Source: Entomortierella parvispora E1425 (lineage: Eukaryota; Fungi; Mortierellomycota). Taken from it: a stretch of 64,000 bases of DNA. The DNA lies in contig BQFW01000001.1 in the NCBI GenBank assembly GCA_020891255.1, positions 2,728,001 to 2,792,000 on the forward strand, in the 5' to 3' direction. A program made the translations under genes and the position numbers. Below are positions 44,239 to 56,853 of the stretch, in pieces (position 1 is the first letter of the stretch; each line of letters starts with the position of its first letter). The notes under the pieces are model-generated. The model did not search any database, had not been told where the DNA came from, and saw nothing but the letters and a program-made list of their open reading frames with translations.

Positions 44239-44684
44239 AGGAGTTTATTCCCCTTTGGTTCACCGTCGATTTTCCTTCCTCATTTCATTGTTTTGTTTTG
44301 TTTTTCTCTGTTCATTTCTTTTTTTTTCCACGAACCTTCGCACACATTTTTTTTTTTCATAGACGCTTGGGCTTCGCAGAGGACGCAACGGAAAGAGGCT
44401 GGAAGGCACGTTCATTTGAGGTGCAAACGGTCCTTCCAGCCTAATCCCTCGTAGAACCTCGTTCTTTCTCCTGTCCTCCCCACCTCCCATAATATATCCG
44501 ATGCACAGCATGCCACCATTAAAGCAAGTCGTTCTCCACTGCAAAAAAAAAAAAAAAAAGTTGGTGGCGCTGGCCTACACACGTGATGAGCGGAAATTTC
44601 TCCGCCAAGCGGCGAGAAAGCATGGAGCGTTCATGCGTCTGCCTGCCATCAACCATCCTTCCTCCACCCACTCACATTCTTACA

Positions 44685-46655
44685 ATGTCAGCCTACTTGG
44701 GAGACCGCAAGACTGTCTTGCCCCCGAGTCAGGATGTTCTTGAGGATGAACGGGCCACATTTGGAGACCAAGCCCCGTTTGCGTCTGCATCCCCATCTCA
44801 GCCCTCGCCTCTTGATGCATCATCCTCTGTTACAAACGGACTTCAAAGTCCAAGAGACATTGTCCCCTCACAGCCCACCACACCCTCTGCTCCATCTCAA
44901 TCGACTCTTGGACGGAACCCTCAAGGTATACGGACACCCAGGACCGAGGATAACATGGATAGAGGACCCGGATGTTAGGATTAACTTTTTTTTTACTTTT
45001 GACTAGCAGAAGCTGACCCTACCCCGGATGTTGCGCCACCGTCATATGAAGAGGTCGCCCGTTCATCACCACACGACCCATATAGAACATCGCCTCGTGG
45101 TGGAGGCCAGAACAATCCATCTACACCTTTGATGTCTGGAGACCATCCCAGACCTTCGACCTACTCGTCTATCCCTGTTCCCCCACCCGCCGTGCCATAT
45201 ACTCCTAGTCTCAATGGTATGACTTTGTCCCACGATGAAATTGAGTATTTTTTTTTCTTTTTGAGAGCTGATGTTACAGTTGACTGCGGGTGTAGTAGCG
45301 TCACTTGTGTTGTTTACTCACCGAAGCTTCGTTTCTCTTTGTTCTTGGTGACTGTAGGATCCATAAGGTCCAATTCAGAACGAGCCAGCAGATTCAACAA
45401 GTTCTGGATTGTCTTTTTCTTGGTGGTGGTACTCCTTGCATTCACGGATGACGAAAGTCGAGAAGGAGTATGTTCTCACTGGTTGTATTCCTTTTCTTTG
45501 TTGTGCTCCAAATGGCTGATCGAGTACTAACATCCACTTTTTATCACAGGATGACGGAAGTGGAGGAGGAGGTAGTCATGGAAAAACTTGCGAGGAAAGG
45601 GCGACTTATGTCAGGAACATGACAGCCCTTAACGTGGCAGATACTTTGACCGACTTTTCAATTTTTGCATCGGGTTTGGTACGAACATGCCTAGTACTGT
45701 CTATGGCCTTTTTTCTTTCTTTCTTTCTTTTTTTTTTTTTTTTTTTTTTTTTTGGTGCTTTGATGCTGACTGAATACTTTCTTCCATCTCTTCTCTTTAG
45801 CCTGTGAAGGTGGTGTTTGAGCAAAGTCTTGATGACAGCCCAGATGCTCCAAACACGATCTTCAGTCATGTAGAGGCAAGGGCAATGAATCGGGAAGATG
45901 TGATGACCCTCAGGAGCTCTTTTTTAATGGATCCCGACACCTCTATTGTCAAAGTCACGATCAACCGACTCGGATCGGCAAAATGTGTTCAGGTGTTGGT
46001 GAAATTTATTTTACCACGTTCGGTCAAGTCGATCTCCAACATCAAGATCTCCTTAACTGAAGGATCGACCCTTATCAACTTACTGGAGAAGGATCGACCA
46101 CCCGTCCAGGTTGGAGTCATGGATATACGAGTCATTAACGGAGAGAGTAATGTTCGGGCGCTTGTTGCTAAAGATGCCAAGGTGGGTGGTAGCGTGGGCA
46201 AGATTCAAGGAGAGTTGGTGGTGGGCAAAGAGTTTAGTGTGATTATGGTGGACGGCAATGTCACCATGAACTTGTCACCCGCACAAGGCAGGATTGAAGG
46301 CAAGGTCACTGTCTCAAATGGAAACATTCAAGTCGGACTGGTGAGTGTAACCTTTGATCGGTTGTGTTTATTTCGACCAGCGCGTCGCCATTCTTTCTAA
46401 CAGTTTGTGTTGTTCTATGATATCCATCTTTAGCCCCCTACTTACGAAGGTGTATTTAAATTGGAGACACGCAATGGGGCGCTCGATGTCATCAACCGTG
46501 ATCCGCAAAGGACTGTTGTCACAGTGCAAGAGCCAAGACTCGTTCGAGGATACAACAGCGCGTTAGGAAAGGAGCCCAGGGGGGCTACTTCAGAAGTAAG
46601 GCTAGAGATGCGCAACGGAAACGCATCCTTGTCCATGAAGCATATAGAGCTTTAA
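44685..46655 (+). CDS. Single-pass membrane protein with a Pro-rich N-terminus and a C-terminal adhesin/DUF4097-like beta-repeat region, multi-exon
   Basis: PPSYEE motif, TM FWIVFFLVVVLLAF, and repeated beta motifs (VDGNVTM, SNGNIQV, TRNGALDV, RNGNASL). Confidence 0.65.
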
Positions 46656-47364
46656 ATCTCGACCGCGAGCCTGGAGCGAGGTCGTCATCAACCATTTTAA
46701 ATAAATCAAGTTCAACCTTTCACTCGCTACCTCGGTCTTCTGGCAGTTTAGGTGCTTGATGCCGCTCACAAGTCTTCATCTGGACTCTTCCTGGCCTGAT
46801 GACCATGATTAATGTAAATGGCGATGGGTCCGTCCCTTCGGATGTGTCTAGCTTTGATCTAAATGCTTTTATTTTCAATTTTCAAGGGCCTCCGTGGCTG
46901 TTTTCCGGAACCAAACGTGTTCATCATGTTTTGAACTTCAGGCAGGGGTCATTGCTGCTACAGGCATCTTGGTCGTGAAGCTACCCAAAGTCAAATTCTA
47001 GGATTTGCCGACATGGAACTCAGAACAGATATAGAAATCAACCACCTTTGTAGCATGAACTCGATCAAAAGACCCCTTCATCCTTATAGATTTGGCGGGT
47101 GGAAAGTTCACCGCAAGGTAATACCTGAACCTCACCATCACCTAGGTAAGGATGGGACGGTTGGCGAAGCTGAATGCACAACGACGCCGCACAACAAAGG
47201 CTCAACCCAACCCATTGCATTGCCGTCGCACGACGCCCACATGTTGGCACTTCAGCGAGAATTCGACTCTTCCCTTTCCCATTCACCCATCCTCGTCAAC
47301 CTCTTTTTTTTTTTTCCTATTTACACAAGTCTCCGAGGCAAGAAAATGGTTTCCAAAGACTAGG

Positions 47365-47770
47365 ATGTTTACAAGGGCAACATGGAAGAGGACTCTGACA
47401 CGGCTCAGCCTTCTGGCTCTCGTGGATGATTTTGAAGTGGACGGGGTGTTGACGTCGGTGCTTCAATTGCAGATCCAACACGCGATCCAGGACCTGAGCT
47501 TCTTTCAACGCGTCGGTCGTTGTGCCCCAGCAACATCAACCATGCCTGTTTCTGTCAACAGCTCTCCTGTCACAGCCACGACTACCAAGTCCACGTTAGA
47601 GGGACCGATTCTGTTAGAAATCTACTACTTCACAGAACGGCCACTCTTGCAACGCCTGCGGCTTCGACAGTGCAGTCGGGTTGGCCATTTGACAGAGGAG
47701 AATCCCCTTGCGCCTTGTAGAGAACAACTTCAGTTCCGATTCTTGTCAGAGTTGAAGTTGGAAAGAGAGA
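47365..47770 (+). pseudogene. C-terminal relic of a subfamily B F-box/LRR gene
   Basis: WKRTLTRL, QDLSFFQRVGR, TERPLLQRL and QFRFLSELKL match PWSGTLTRL, GDLALFDGLGR, TDRPMLKRL and KFKFLIDLDL of 50102-52045. No N-terminal part was found. Confidence 0.7.
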
Positions 47771-47989
47771 CGGACCCCTGCCCCGGACTGTGGAACAATG
47801 GCTTCACTGAAGCGTCCAAAATAAAAGCGTCATCCCGACAGAAACGGGAACTGCAAGCAGTAACACGGGAACCTTGCGCCTTTTTTCTTGTGCTCTTGTC
47901 TCTGTCTCTTTTTTCAATCATCCTCGCCATTTGCACCTCAACTCTGTACACTCGCAACCAGCTCCTCTTTCTATTTTCTATCTCTTTCG

Positions 47990-49827
47990 ATAATAACTAA
48001 CCATCAGCCGTCATAGGAAAGGGAGCTTACTCTTCCAGAGTTGTTTGAGGCCATCGTTCAATACATGGAACCTGGAACCATACGTAGCTTGCGACTCGTC
48101 AGCAAGATGTTTCTTGAGCTTTGCATCCCTCACTTTTTCATCACCCTCAGTGTCGACAATTCTAGGCGCTATCCAGAAATGAAGTGGATACTCGACAGAC
48201 ACTACCGGTCTTTGGAAACGGCACAAGAGAGAGATCCCCTGGATTTGATCCAATCCGTGCGAGTCCATGAAGGGCATAGCGACTATTCCAAGATCGATCC
48301 TCGAGGCATGTCCGCACTTTTGAATCGCTGTCGGAATATTCGTCGGGTCAAGGTTGGAGATATTGGCAGTCAGGCTCTTCCCGAGAGGCCTTCGTACCCT
48401 GCCCGGATGCTTTGGCCAGACCTTATGAATTATGGCTATCGCCTCGTCACCGGCACACCCGAAACTGATCATGGAGACCACATGGACGGGAAGCCCTGGT
48501 CCAATTGGGACCTTTTGCCTCTGGAGGGAACTTGCCTGCACAGGGTAGAGATATTACTCTTGGTGGAGGGAGCGAGGACGCCTCTAGACCTGGACAGGTT
48601 CATGGGCCGGCTTCAACGGAGTTGTGTTGACAAGACCTTGCGCGTTCTTTCCATTACCGGAGAAATGGATCAAGGTCGAAGGGTCTCTTTCTCGGCCTTC
48701 CGAAAATGTATCTCTAGCCTGAAAGGACTTGAAACTCTGGAGCTGTCTGGGATATTGATCAAGGAATCAAGGACATTGACGGGTCTGCTGAATGCAGTCA
48801 GGACGTCTGTGCACAGGAACAAGGTCAACAATGGATTGCTCCAAAGGTGAAGGAACTTTTCTTCAGCTGTGTAGTTTCAGTGGACATCAAGCTCGCGCTC
48901 TTTGCCCTCCTCCCAAACTTAGAGGCGTTGACGACGAACCTGGGGAATCTCTTTGAAGACATTGATCAAAGGTTCTTTCCCGACAATATAAACCGTTCAT
49001 CCTGGCCAACGTCACCAATCCCCTTCCCGCATCTGAAGAAACTGGATGCGCCCATATCGGAAACACGCAATTGGGCTGGTTCTCGGACTTTACAAGCTTG
49101 GGTTCGAGGGCATCCTCATTTTGAAGTGGACTCGTTAAAAGATGACCGTGATGTTGTTGATGCCTTGGTTCACGAAGCTTTCACGGTCAAGACGATGCAG
49201 TTCTTTAGACGGGACCTTGAATGGGTCACCCAAGTAGTGACCTTGCCTATGTGTCGCTCAATGGATGATCTCTGGATTGCGTGTGATCAATTGGACTCTG
49301 CAGTCGTGTTGGCTGCTACCTGTAAACGGGTGGAGCTGGGGTCTCCTCGGTCTTGGACTCAACAAGAGGTGTTTGGTCGCCTGCCTTGGTCAAGAACGCT
49401 GACGAGGCTCTACTTTCTGACTGCCTTGGACTCTAGACTAGATGCTGATCAAGGAGAGGGAACGTTGGACTTGATGCGAACATTGCTTCGATTCCTGCCA
49501 CGATTGACCCATCTGAAGATCAACCAAGGGCTGAAAGACCTCGCACTCTTTGAGGGCCTGGGAAGAGTCACGAAGATGGGGGTAACAGATGAAGAAACCG
49601 CGAACGCCCTCACAGCTTCCTCTATTGGGTGCGCAGAGGATCGACCTTGTCTGACAGACCTGATGGTTGCAATTGAATTCTCTGCCTATATGTCAGAGGT
49701 CTTTGAGTACGAGGTGCGCGACGCTTGGAGTGAAAAGTTACATTCTTCTTTTCGATTCCTGAAAACGCTCGAAGTCGTCTACGAGATGGGTCCCAGATCT
49801 CGATGTAGACGGAGACGGCCAAGTTAG
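47990..49827 (+). pseudogene. F-box/LRR-like subfamily B copy disabled by start loss, a premature stop and an 8-bp duplication
   Basis: No ATG before the F-box. In-frame TAG at 48014-48016 where the 9824 paralogue has W. ATCAAGGA tandem duplication at 48758-48773 shifts ORF 48041-48850 into ORF 48847-49827. Confidence 0.75.
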
Positions 49828-50101
49828 GGAGGTCGTGGTGATTTTGGTTGAGTCACCCTGTAAATAGTTCAAACAAAGGTTACCTCAACCAAAGTCGTGG
49901 GATGGCAATGCACGGCTGTTGCTGCGAAGGGCATGTAGCGCCCCTGGAAGTGAGGTGCTTGCTTTGCCACACAAATAAAGCATAGCTCCCAATTGATTCT
50001 CCTTTTTTTTTTTCCTTCCATTCTTTCAACTCCACAGCCGCCTTTGCCAGAAACCTCACCAACAACCCTCGCTAAGAAACCAAGAAACCAAGAAACCTCC
50101 A

Positions 50102-52045
50102 ATGATACGACAGAGTGCACAGACTGCTGTCTTTGACATCCCTGAGCTGGTCCAGAGCATCCTTGTGTTCCTAGATCCTAGAACCCTCAACATTGTTCGG
50201 GGTCTCAACAGGGCCTTTCACCTCCATTGTGAACCCCACTTTTCCATACTGCTCATCATTGGTCATCGGCAACGCTACGAGCAGCTTCGGGAATTGGCCA
50301 ACTTGGCAAAAGAAAAATCTGGTTCTCGCAGCCCAGTAGATGTAATCAGAAGTCTTCATTTGAGCTATCAACACAATATGTACCAACAGTTTCAAGAATT
50401 TGTCCTTCAGAGCCTAGCCTCGGTTTTGAACCGTTGCCGCAATCTCCGTGAGATCACCATTGTAGATAGACCCTGGGACAAAGGGATTCCGACTGAGAAA
50501 CCACAATATCTGGATCGGATCGCCTGGGCAAATTTTGATGTCCATCAAAACAATTCGTGCAGCCCCGTGGAGGATGATGGGAAACCATGGAGTTACATTG
50601 ACATCTTACCGCTCGAGGGACCAATGCTCTGTGGATTGGAGACATTGAAAATTGAGGCCGGCACATGTACACCCGTAAAATTGGATCGTTTTTTTAATCG
50701 GTTGGGGAAGAGTGCGGCAGCAAATACCTTGCGCTCTCTATCTGTGATCTCGTCCTGGAGTAGGGTCCGGTCGACCTCTTGGGATACCTTGCGCAAATGC
50801 ATCTGTGGTCTGAAGGCCCTCGAGGTTTTAATGTTGAACAGCTTCAAGATCGAGCAGAGCCTGGTTGACAACAAAATCCCCAAAGACAACAATGGGGAGT
50901 CCATTTGGTTGGCACCCAGAGTCAAGGTCCTTACCGTGAAGTGCCGGCCCAACCTGGATCTCAAATTAGCTATCATGGATCTATTTCCAAATGTAGAGTC
51001 TCTGTATCTGGGCAACACGACCGATCTATGGGAGAAAGCCGTGGACGATCAATTGATCCCGAAAACATCTACTCGCACCAGTCCTTCAAAGATGGATGCA
51101 GTCGCCTTGCCGACATCAACTCCATTCCCCCGCTTGAAACTTCTGGATGTTGCCATTCGTTGCCCTACAGACTGGGAAGAATCGTTGCTTTTGCGCCTGT
51201 GGGCGCGAGGCCATCCGCACTTTCAGTTGCAGTCTTTACTCCTCAGAGCAACTGAGAGACCCATCAACCAACCCATCAATGAGGACTTGGTCTCCACTCT
51301 TGCCAAGTATCCTCTGTCCGTAAAGGACCTCGTAGTCACTGGCCGCGATCGACTTCGACTCTGCCAATTTTTAAAGTCGAATATATTTCGGAAATTGGAG
51401 ACTCTAGAAGCTCAGGACTTTGGTCTAGATTTTATCGAGGTAGTCCAACAGGTCCTTCGACCGGAACTCTCTGCAAAGGAGTGGCAGATCGCGCAGTATC
51501 AGGAACGGTCCTTGAGGGATCTTTTGCCCTGGTCAGGGACGCTGACGCGTCTGCTCTTGACATCCAGTAACAGAGTCGGGTATTATTCTGCTCAGGAGGA
51601 GGTTTGGAAGGCCTTATCTATATACTCGCTGCAGTCCCTTCTTCAGATGCTCCCTCAGCTCGAGGACTTTGAGCTATCAGAGCCAATTGGAGATCTCGCA
51701 CTCTTTGATGGGCTCGGTCGTCAGAGAGTTATCGAAAGCGATGACACGGATATGAACGTGGACCGAGGCTTGGGCTTTGGTCTGGAATTAGACATGGATA
51801 TGACCTGGAGCTCCGCTAGTACGATTGTTTTCGAGGATTACTCCATGAGCCAGGAGCTCTCTCCACTGGGAACCTCTTGTATGACAGACCGCCCCATGTT
51901 GAAGAGGCTGAGTCTTGTACAATCATATCACTTTCAGGATCCAAGGTACTATGACCCACTGACGCCGTGGCACATGGAGCTTAAATACAAGTTTAAATTT
52001 TTGATCGATCTTGACCTCAAGAGACAAAGGTCTCCACATGGATGA
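50102..52045 (+). CDS. F-box/LRR-like protein, subfamily B, intact copy
   Basis: Intronless 647-aa ORF with AVFDIPELVQSILVFLDPRTLNIVRGLNR (F-box-like), colinear with the three decayed copies. Confidence 0.82.
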   Translation: MIRQSAQTAVFDIPELVQSILVFLDPRTLNIVRGLNRAFHLHCEPHFSILLIIGHRQRYEQLRELANLAKEKSGSRSPVDVIRSLHLSYQHNMYQQFQEFVLQSLASVLNRCRNLREITIVDRPWDKGIPTEKPQYLDRIAWANFDVHQNNSCSPVEDDGKPWSYIDILPLEGPMLCGLETLKIEAGTCTPVKLDRFFNRLGKSAAANTLRSLSVISSWSRVRSTSWDTLRKCICGLKALEVLMLNSFKIEQSLVDNKIPKDNNGESIWLAPRVKVLTVKCRPNLDLKLAIMDLFPNVESLYLGNTTDLWEKAVDDQLIPKTSTRTSPSKMDAVALPTSTPFPRLKLLDVAIRCPTDWEESLLLRLWARGHPHFQLQSLLLRATERPINQPINEDLVSTLAKYPLSVKDLVVTGRDRLRLCQFLKSNIFRKLETLEAQDFGLDFIEVVQQVLRPELSAKEWQIAQYQERSLRDLLPWSGTLTRLLLTSSNRVGYYSAQEEVWKALSIYSLQSLLQMLPQLEDFELSEPIGDLALFDGLGRQRVIESDDTDMNVDRGLGFGLELDMDMTWSSASTIVFEDYSMSQELSPLGTSCMTDRPMLKRLSLVQSYHFQDPRYYDPLTPWHMELKYKFKFLIDLDLKRQRSPHG

Positions 52046-52918
52046 ACACATTCTCTTTCTCCCTCTCTTTTTTTTCTTCTATTCCACTATTCCATGCTTA
52101 CTCAATAAATCCTACGGCGTTGAGACGGGCGGACGCTCGTCAAGTGGAGGAAAAGAACCTCAGACCAGGATTTACCTTTGGTGCCCACCATTCAGTCGCC
52201 TGCTAAGTGGTAAGATCGCAATTGCGTTTAAGGTTAACGAAGCGTTTTTTACGTTAGCTAACTCACATATAAGCAAAGTGACATCACGACTTTGTCCGGT
52301 TCCTTGCTTTCGGCAAACCCCTGTTCATCGAGGCCCCCGCACCCCTCCGGCTCGGCTCTACAGCGCTCTGCTACCCTGTATCGGTCCTCGATCATGTCCA
52401 GCTCTTCCTGCCGAGCCTCACGGCGAAGACGTTCCTCCTCCTCTTGCTTCTCCATCTGGATGATCAAAGGGTCGACAGAGTGAAATATCAACTTTTTGAT
52501 GCAACCATGCCCCTCTTGTGAAGTCTTTTTTGCCCCATCGCAAGGCTACATCCTTTTCAAATAGTCATTTAGAAGATGGTCATCCTCGTCGATCCAGGAG
52601 GGTTGGCTGCACCCCCAGCACTGCCACAGAAATGATGGTTTTTTTTTTCGTCCCTGCTTTGCCTTCCTTTCATTCCATCTTTCCCGCCTTTTCATCTCCC
52701 CGCTTCTCATCTTTTCATAGAGAATGTCTAGTCATTCGGAAAACACCATCCAGCCCACTACCACTACCCTGGAGGATGCGGGAGACCGTTTTTTATTTGA
52801 CCAGGGAACAATCCAAGATACCCTCGTCGTTATCATTCTTTGTTTTTTTTTTTTGAAGAATGAATGATCCCTGTTTTTTTAAATTTATTTCTTCTTTTCA
52901 AGGGGGGGGGGGTGCTTC

Positions 52919-53600
52919 CTAGGGAAGCAGAGCGCCCGACATGGGTCCTAAACTATCTGATCTTGGTTTTAAAGTCTGCTGCTGGCCGCCTTCGATGGGA
53001 GAAGTGGGTGTCGCTCCTATGCTGGAAGCAGACGATTTCCGAGAGCTGGAGAAGGGCCGCGAGGAGTTTCCAAACGGGGTGGTGCTGGAGGAGGGACTCT
53101 CGACTCTCAGTCCGCCGCTTCCTACGAAGGATTGGCTTTGGCTCGTTGGTGCCAGTGAGAGGCGGCTCAGGGCCTGTTCTTCCGCCACCATCATCGATCG
53201 TGTCCTGGAAGGAAGCTTTGGTAACACGTCAAAGATCGTGTGGCTATTCACAATCAGATCCGCGAGTACGAGGTCGTTGCTCCAGCTGGCTGCAGTGGAC
53301 ACCGTGGATGTGGCAGCCGCTGGGGGTGAAGCTGGAAGAGTCGCTGTGCTGCCGGCAGCTAGGTTTGGAGTGGAATAGGAAGCCGACACACCTCCGATCT
53401 GAGGACTGGATCCATAGACATACGAGGGCGGGCCGCCAGTGGTTCCTTCTGAGATGGGCAATGGTGACGAGGGTCCCGAATTACTATGGTGGAACCCTAA
53501 GGTCGGATTCTGGGGGTAGAACTGCAGCTGTTTAGCTTGGTATGACAGATACGGTTGCGGCTGGTAGGGCTGGGGCTGGAATGGCTGTTGCTGCTGCTGC

Positions 53601-53646
<46 letters not shown>

Positions 53647-56373
53647 GCTGCTGAGGTTGTTGCTGCTGCTGCTGATATTGCTGATGATACTGTTGCTGCT
53701 GATATTGCTGTTGCTGTTGTTGATGATGCTGCTGCTGTGGTACCTGATCTGGTGGAGGTGGTGGAGTATATCCTGCCCAAGGAGCAGTGGTAAGGTTTGG
53801 GGAGGTTGCAGTCGGAGAAAGCGCTGATGGATGGACAGCAGGCGTCTCTGTCGCCTGCGGGTTCAGACCTTTAGGCCCCATTGCACTGTTAAAGTCGTGG
53901 AAAATGGCCGGAGTGAAAATCATGGATAGGTTTTCTAGTGTCATCTTGTTGTCATCCACGTTCTCATAGATTCTAAGAAAAAATAAAGGCAAAAAGGGGT
54001 CAGTCAACCTTGCCCGGACATGATACGCGAGACTCTACCATAGTTGCATAGACGATTTCGCCTTACCGACGCAGATGCTGAATCAAATACTGCAGCGTGT
54101 CAATGTTACAATCGGGCAAAAACTTGAGTCGAGCCTTGAGCTCGCTCAACCTCGCCCCTGTATCTTGTATAGCTATAAATAAAATAAATAAAATCCGGGG
54201 GTCAGTGATCATTCCAACGGTTGCAACGCATCTGCATATTTTTTTTCCACATTTTGCCAACGGCTTCATACCAGAATACGTGATTCGCTCTGGGAGGGCA
54301 AAGGGAAAGAGAGGCTCTGGCAACTCGCGCAAGTAAACTTTGAGCACGGCTGCCACTGAGGCACAGTCGTCTCCTAGCGCAGGATCCGTCAAATCAACCG
54401 CGTCTTCGTTCTGATCAAAAAGTCGTCTCAATTGCATGATTTGAGCATGGCGTCCTGACACTCTGTAGATGCCCTCCTTGCGCAAACCTGTAAAAATTCC
54501 ATAGAAATTGTCAATAAGAAGTCCCTGCAACCTACACAACAAGGCATTCTCTTGCTGCAACGAAGAAAATGAGTATACCTGAACGGTCAATTGCATCAAT
54601 GCATTTGACGACTACCAAAGGAATAGGATGTCCCTTCTTTTGAACATATTGTGACAGACTGCTTCCGAAGATTGTATCTATTTTAAAAAATAGACGCGTC
54701 AGCCACTGAGCATTGGTTCCAGTTGGCTATGACAAAATAAGATGCAAGACGTACCTGGGATGATCTTATGGTGGTAATTCTCGTACTGCACTGGCTTGGG
54801 ATGAGAGTGAACGTCCTTTGTGAAGGAGAGGCAAAGCTGATCCCTGTCCCCAGTAGGCTTGATACAAGCGACCACGACAGAAAACTGATCAATCTCCTCT
54901 TTGGACTTTGAAATCAAGTCGCGTTCGCCCACAACAAATGCTTCCAGACACTGTCTGCAGGTTGTTCCACGGTCCTTGATCATGGTTTTCATCGTCTTTG
55001 AAAGCAAAAAAAAAAAAAAAAAAAAAAACGTAAAAAAAAAAATGAAATATATGAGCTCCCGTAACACAGTGATTGATTGTCAATTTGTCAAATCAAAATT
55101 CTGCTTTGCCCATGACCTTTGTCCCACCGTACCTGATACGCCACATCGAAGCACTCTTCTCGCTTCTTTCTAAAAGTTTCAAGGGATTTCACTGCCATCT
55201 TGTATTCCGCATCTGTAAGAAAGAAGAAAGAAAAGGAACAAGTCCCGGGATATTAATAGGCATGAAATAAGAAACAGCCAACCTTCTCGATCGAACCGGT
55301 CGAACCGAGCAAGAGAAAAATATGGAAAAATATGGCACCGTGACAAAAGAAAGGTTGGTACATGCCTGCTTCTTCCATGTCACGTCTGCTTTTGGCGAGT
55401 CGGCCTGCTGCTCCCGACGTGCTGGCTAGATTTTTGAGTCGCTCGCGTACCGGAAGGTGGTCACTGTCTTCTGCCGCAAGTGCCTGATCAAGATCACGAC
55501 AGCGCTGCTCATAGGTCCTTTTCAGCTACAATGGAGATTGGGGTGGTTAGCATCAACGGAGGCGGATGGTTCAGCATCGGTCTTGTTGGGAAAAGTCAAG
55601 GCAGCAGGAAAATGCTCTAACCTTTGGCACAGTAGACAGCCGGTTCTCTGCATAGAGCTGAAAAATGGGTTTCGTAATCTCTTTTTGATTCTTGCGCTCC
55701 TTTTCATGCGAATCCTGTGAAAGAAGGATGAGAACAGAAGAGAAAATGCTCAGGGAAAAGTCTGGACCCTGCTAGCTTGTTTTTCATCGATTTCGATTCG
55801 CGAACTTGTGAGAGCGATCGTCTTTTTTTTTTTTTTTGTTTGTCAGGCACACTCACTCACCTTCAACGTCGCAACAGCTCCCATTAACGTTTTGAGCAGC
55901 TTGATGAACGGGTGTCGCCGTTTGGAGGTCTGGGTGGTCAGCTCAAGCAGGGCAACGAAGGCCATGTGGAGAGTGGTTGGAATTTCTTCTGGGTCAGCGG
56001 CGTTGGAAGCGCCATTGGAATTATTGGCGTTACCGGTATTGGAGCTGGTGGTGGCCGTCATCTTTGGGTCTTTGGCGAGCTTTTCGAGGGAGCGGCAATA
56101 GGTCTCTTCGATCTCGAGGCGGGCCTTGAAGTAGGCGAGGTATTTTGCTGTGTCTTCACCTTGCATGGTCTGGAAGACGCGGTTCAAGGACGAGTCCCAG
56201 GCCTGAGCTTGCTCTCGGGACTCTTTGGCCTCTCTGGTCATGTGCGGCATTCCCAGCTGGGGCATGATGGGCGTGGCGCGAGTGAGACCAGGAGGCGGCA
56301 TTGAGTACGAGTCGCGCTCGCGGTGGGGGTCACGGTCGGCATCGCTAGGGATGCGGCTGTGCCTGGAGGTCAT
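52919..56373 (-). CDS. F-BAR(FCH)-RhoGAP protein (Rgd1-like architecture), multi-exon
   Basis: FCH-like YFKARLEIEETYCRSLEKLAK, RhoGAP core GLRKEGIYRVSG...VAAVLKVYLRELPEPLF...NKMTLENLSMIFTP, and a poly-Q tail. Confidence 0.85.
53583..53740 (-). repeat. Coding CAA/CAG poly-Gln tract in the RhoGAP tail
   Basis: Long (GTT/GCT)n run on the + strand, in frame with QQQ in ORF 52919-54007. Confidence 0.92.
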
Positions 56374-56853
56374 GGGGGTAGGAGGAAGGCAATGAAGGCG
56401 GGAAGGAAGGAGAAGAAGAGGGCGCAAGAAGAGATAAAAGGAAAAGAGAGAATGCAAGCACAGACAGCAGAAGAGAAACGAGGTCCAGGCCTTGTGGCCA
56501 TCGGAGGATTCGAATCGAAGGGCGGGAAGGGAACGAAGAGAGAAAAAGAGAAGCGGTGACTGCGTGTGTATGTGGTGATGGTTGATATTATCTGATGCAG
56601 TGTATGTGCGTGTGCTGTGTGTGTGTACAGTGTGCGTGCTGTGTGTGTGTATGTGTGCGTGCTGTGTGTGTGTGTGTATGTGTATGTTGGAGAGATCTGA
56701 ATTGCATTTCTTCATTCATTCATTCATTCTCTCTTTGTCCGTTGTAATCACCTTCCTCTCCTCTCTCTCTCTCTCTCTCTCCTTTCTTCCTTCCCTCCTT
56801 CCCTCCTTCCCTCCTTCCCTCCTTCTTCCTCTTTCACTGCAACAATAATTCTC

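Noticed and set aside
52258-52491. Short E/R-rich minus-strand ORF (MEKQEEEERLRREARQEE...)
   Set aside because: It looks coding-like but is short, has no family match and no supporting exons were found. It may be a relic.
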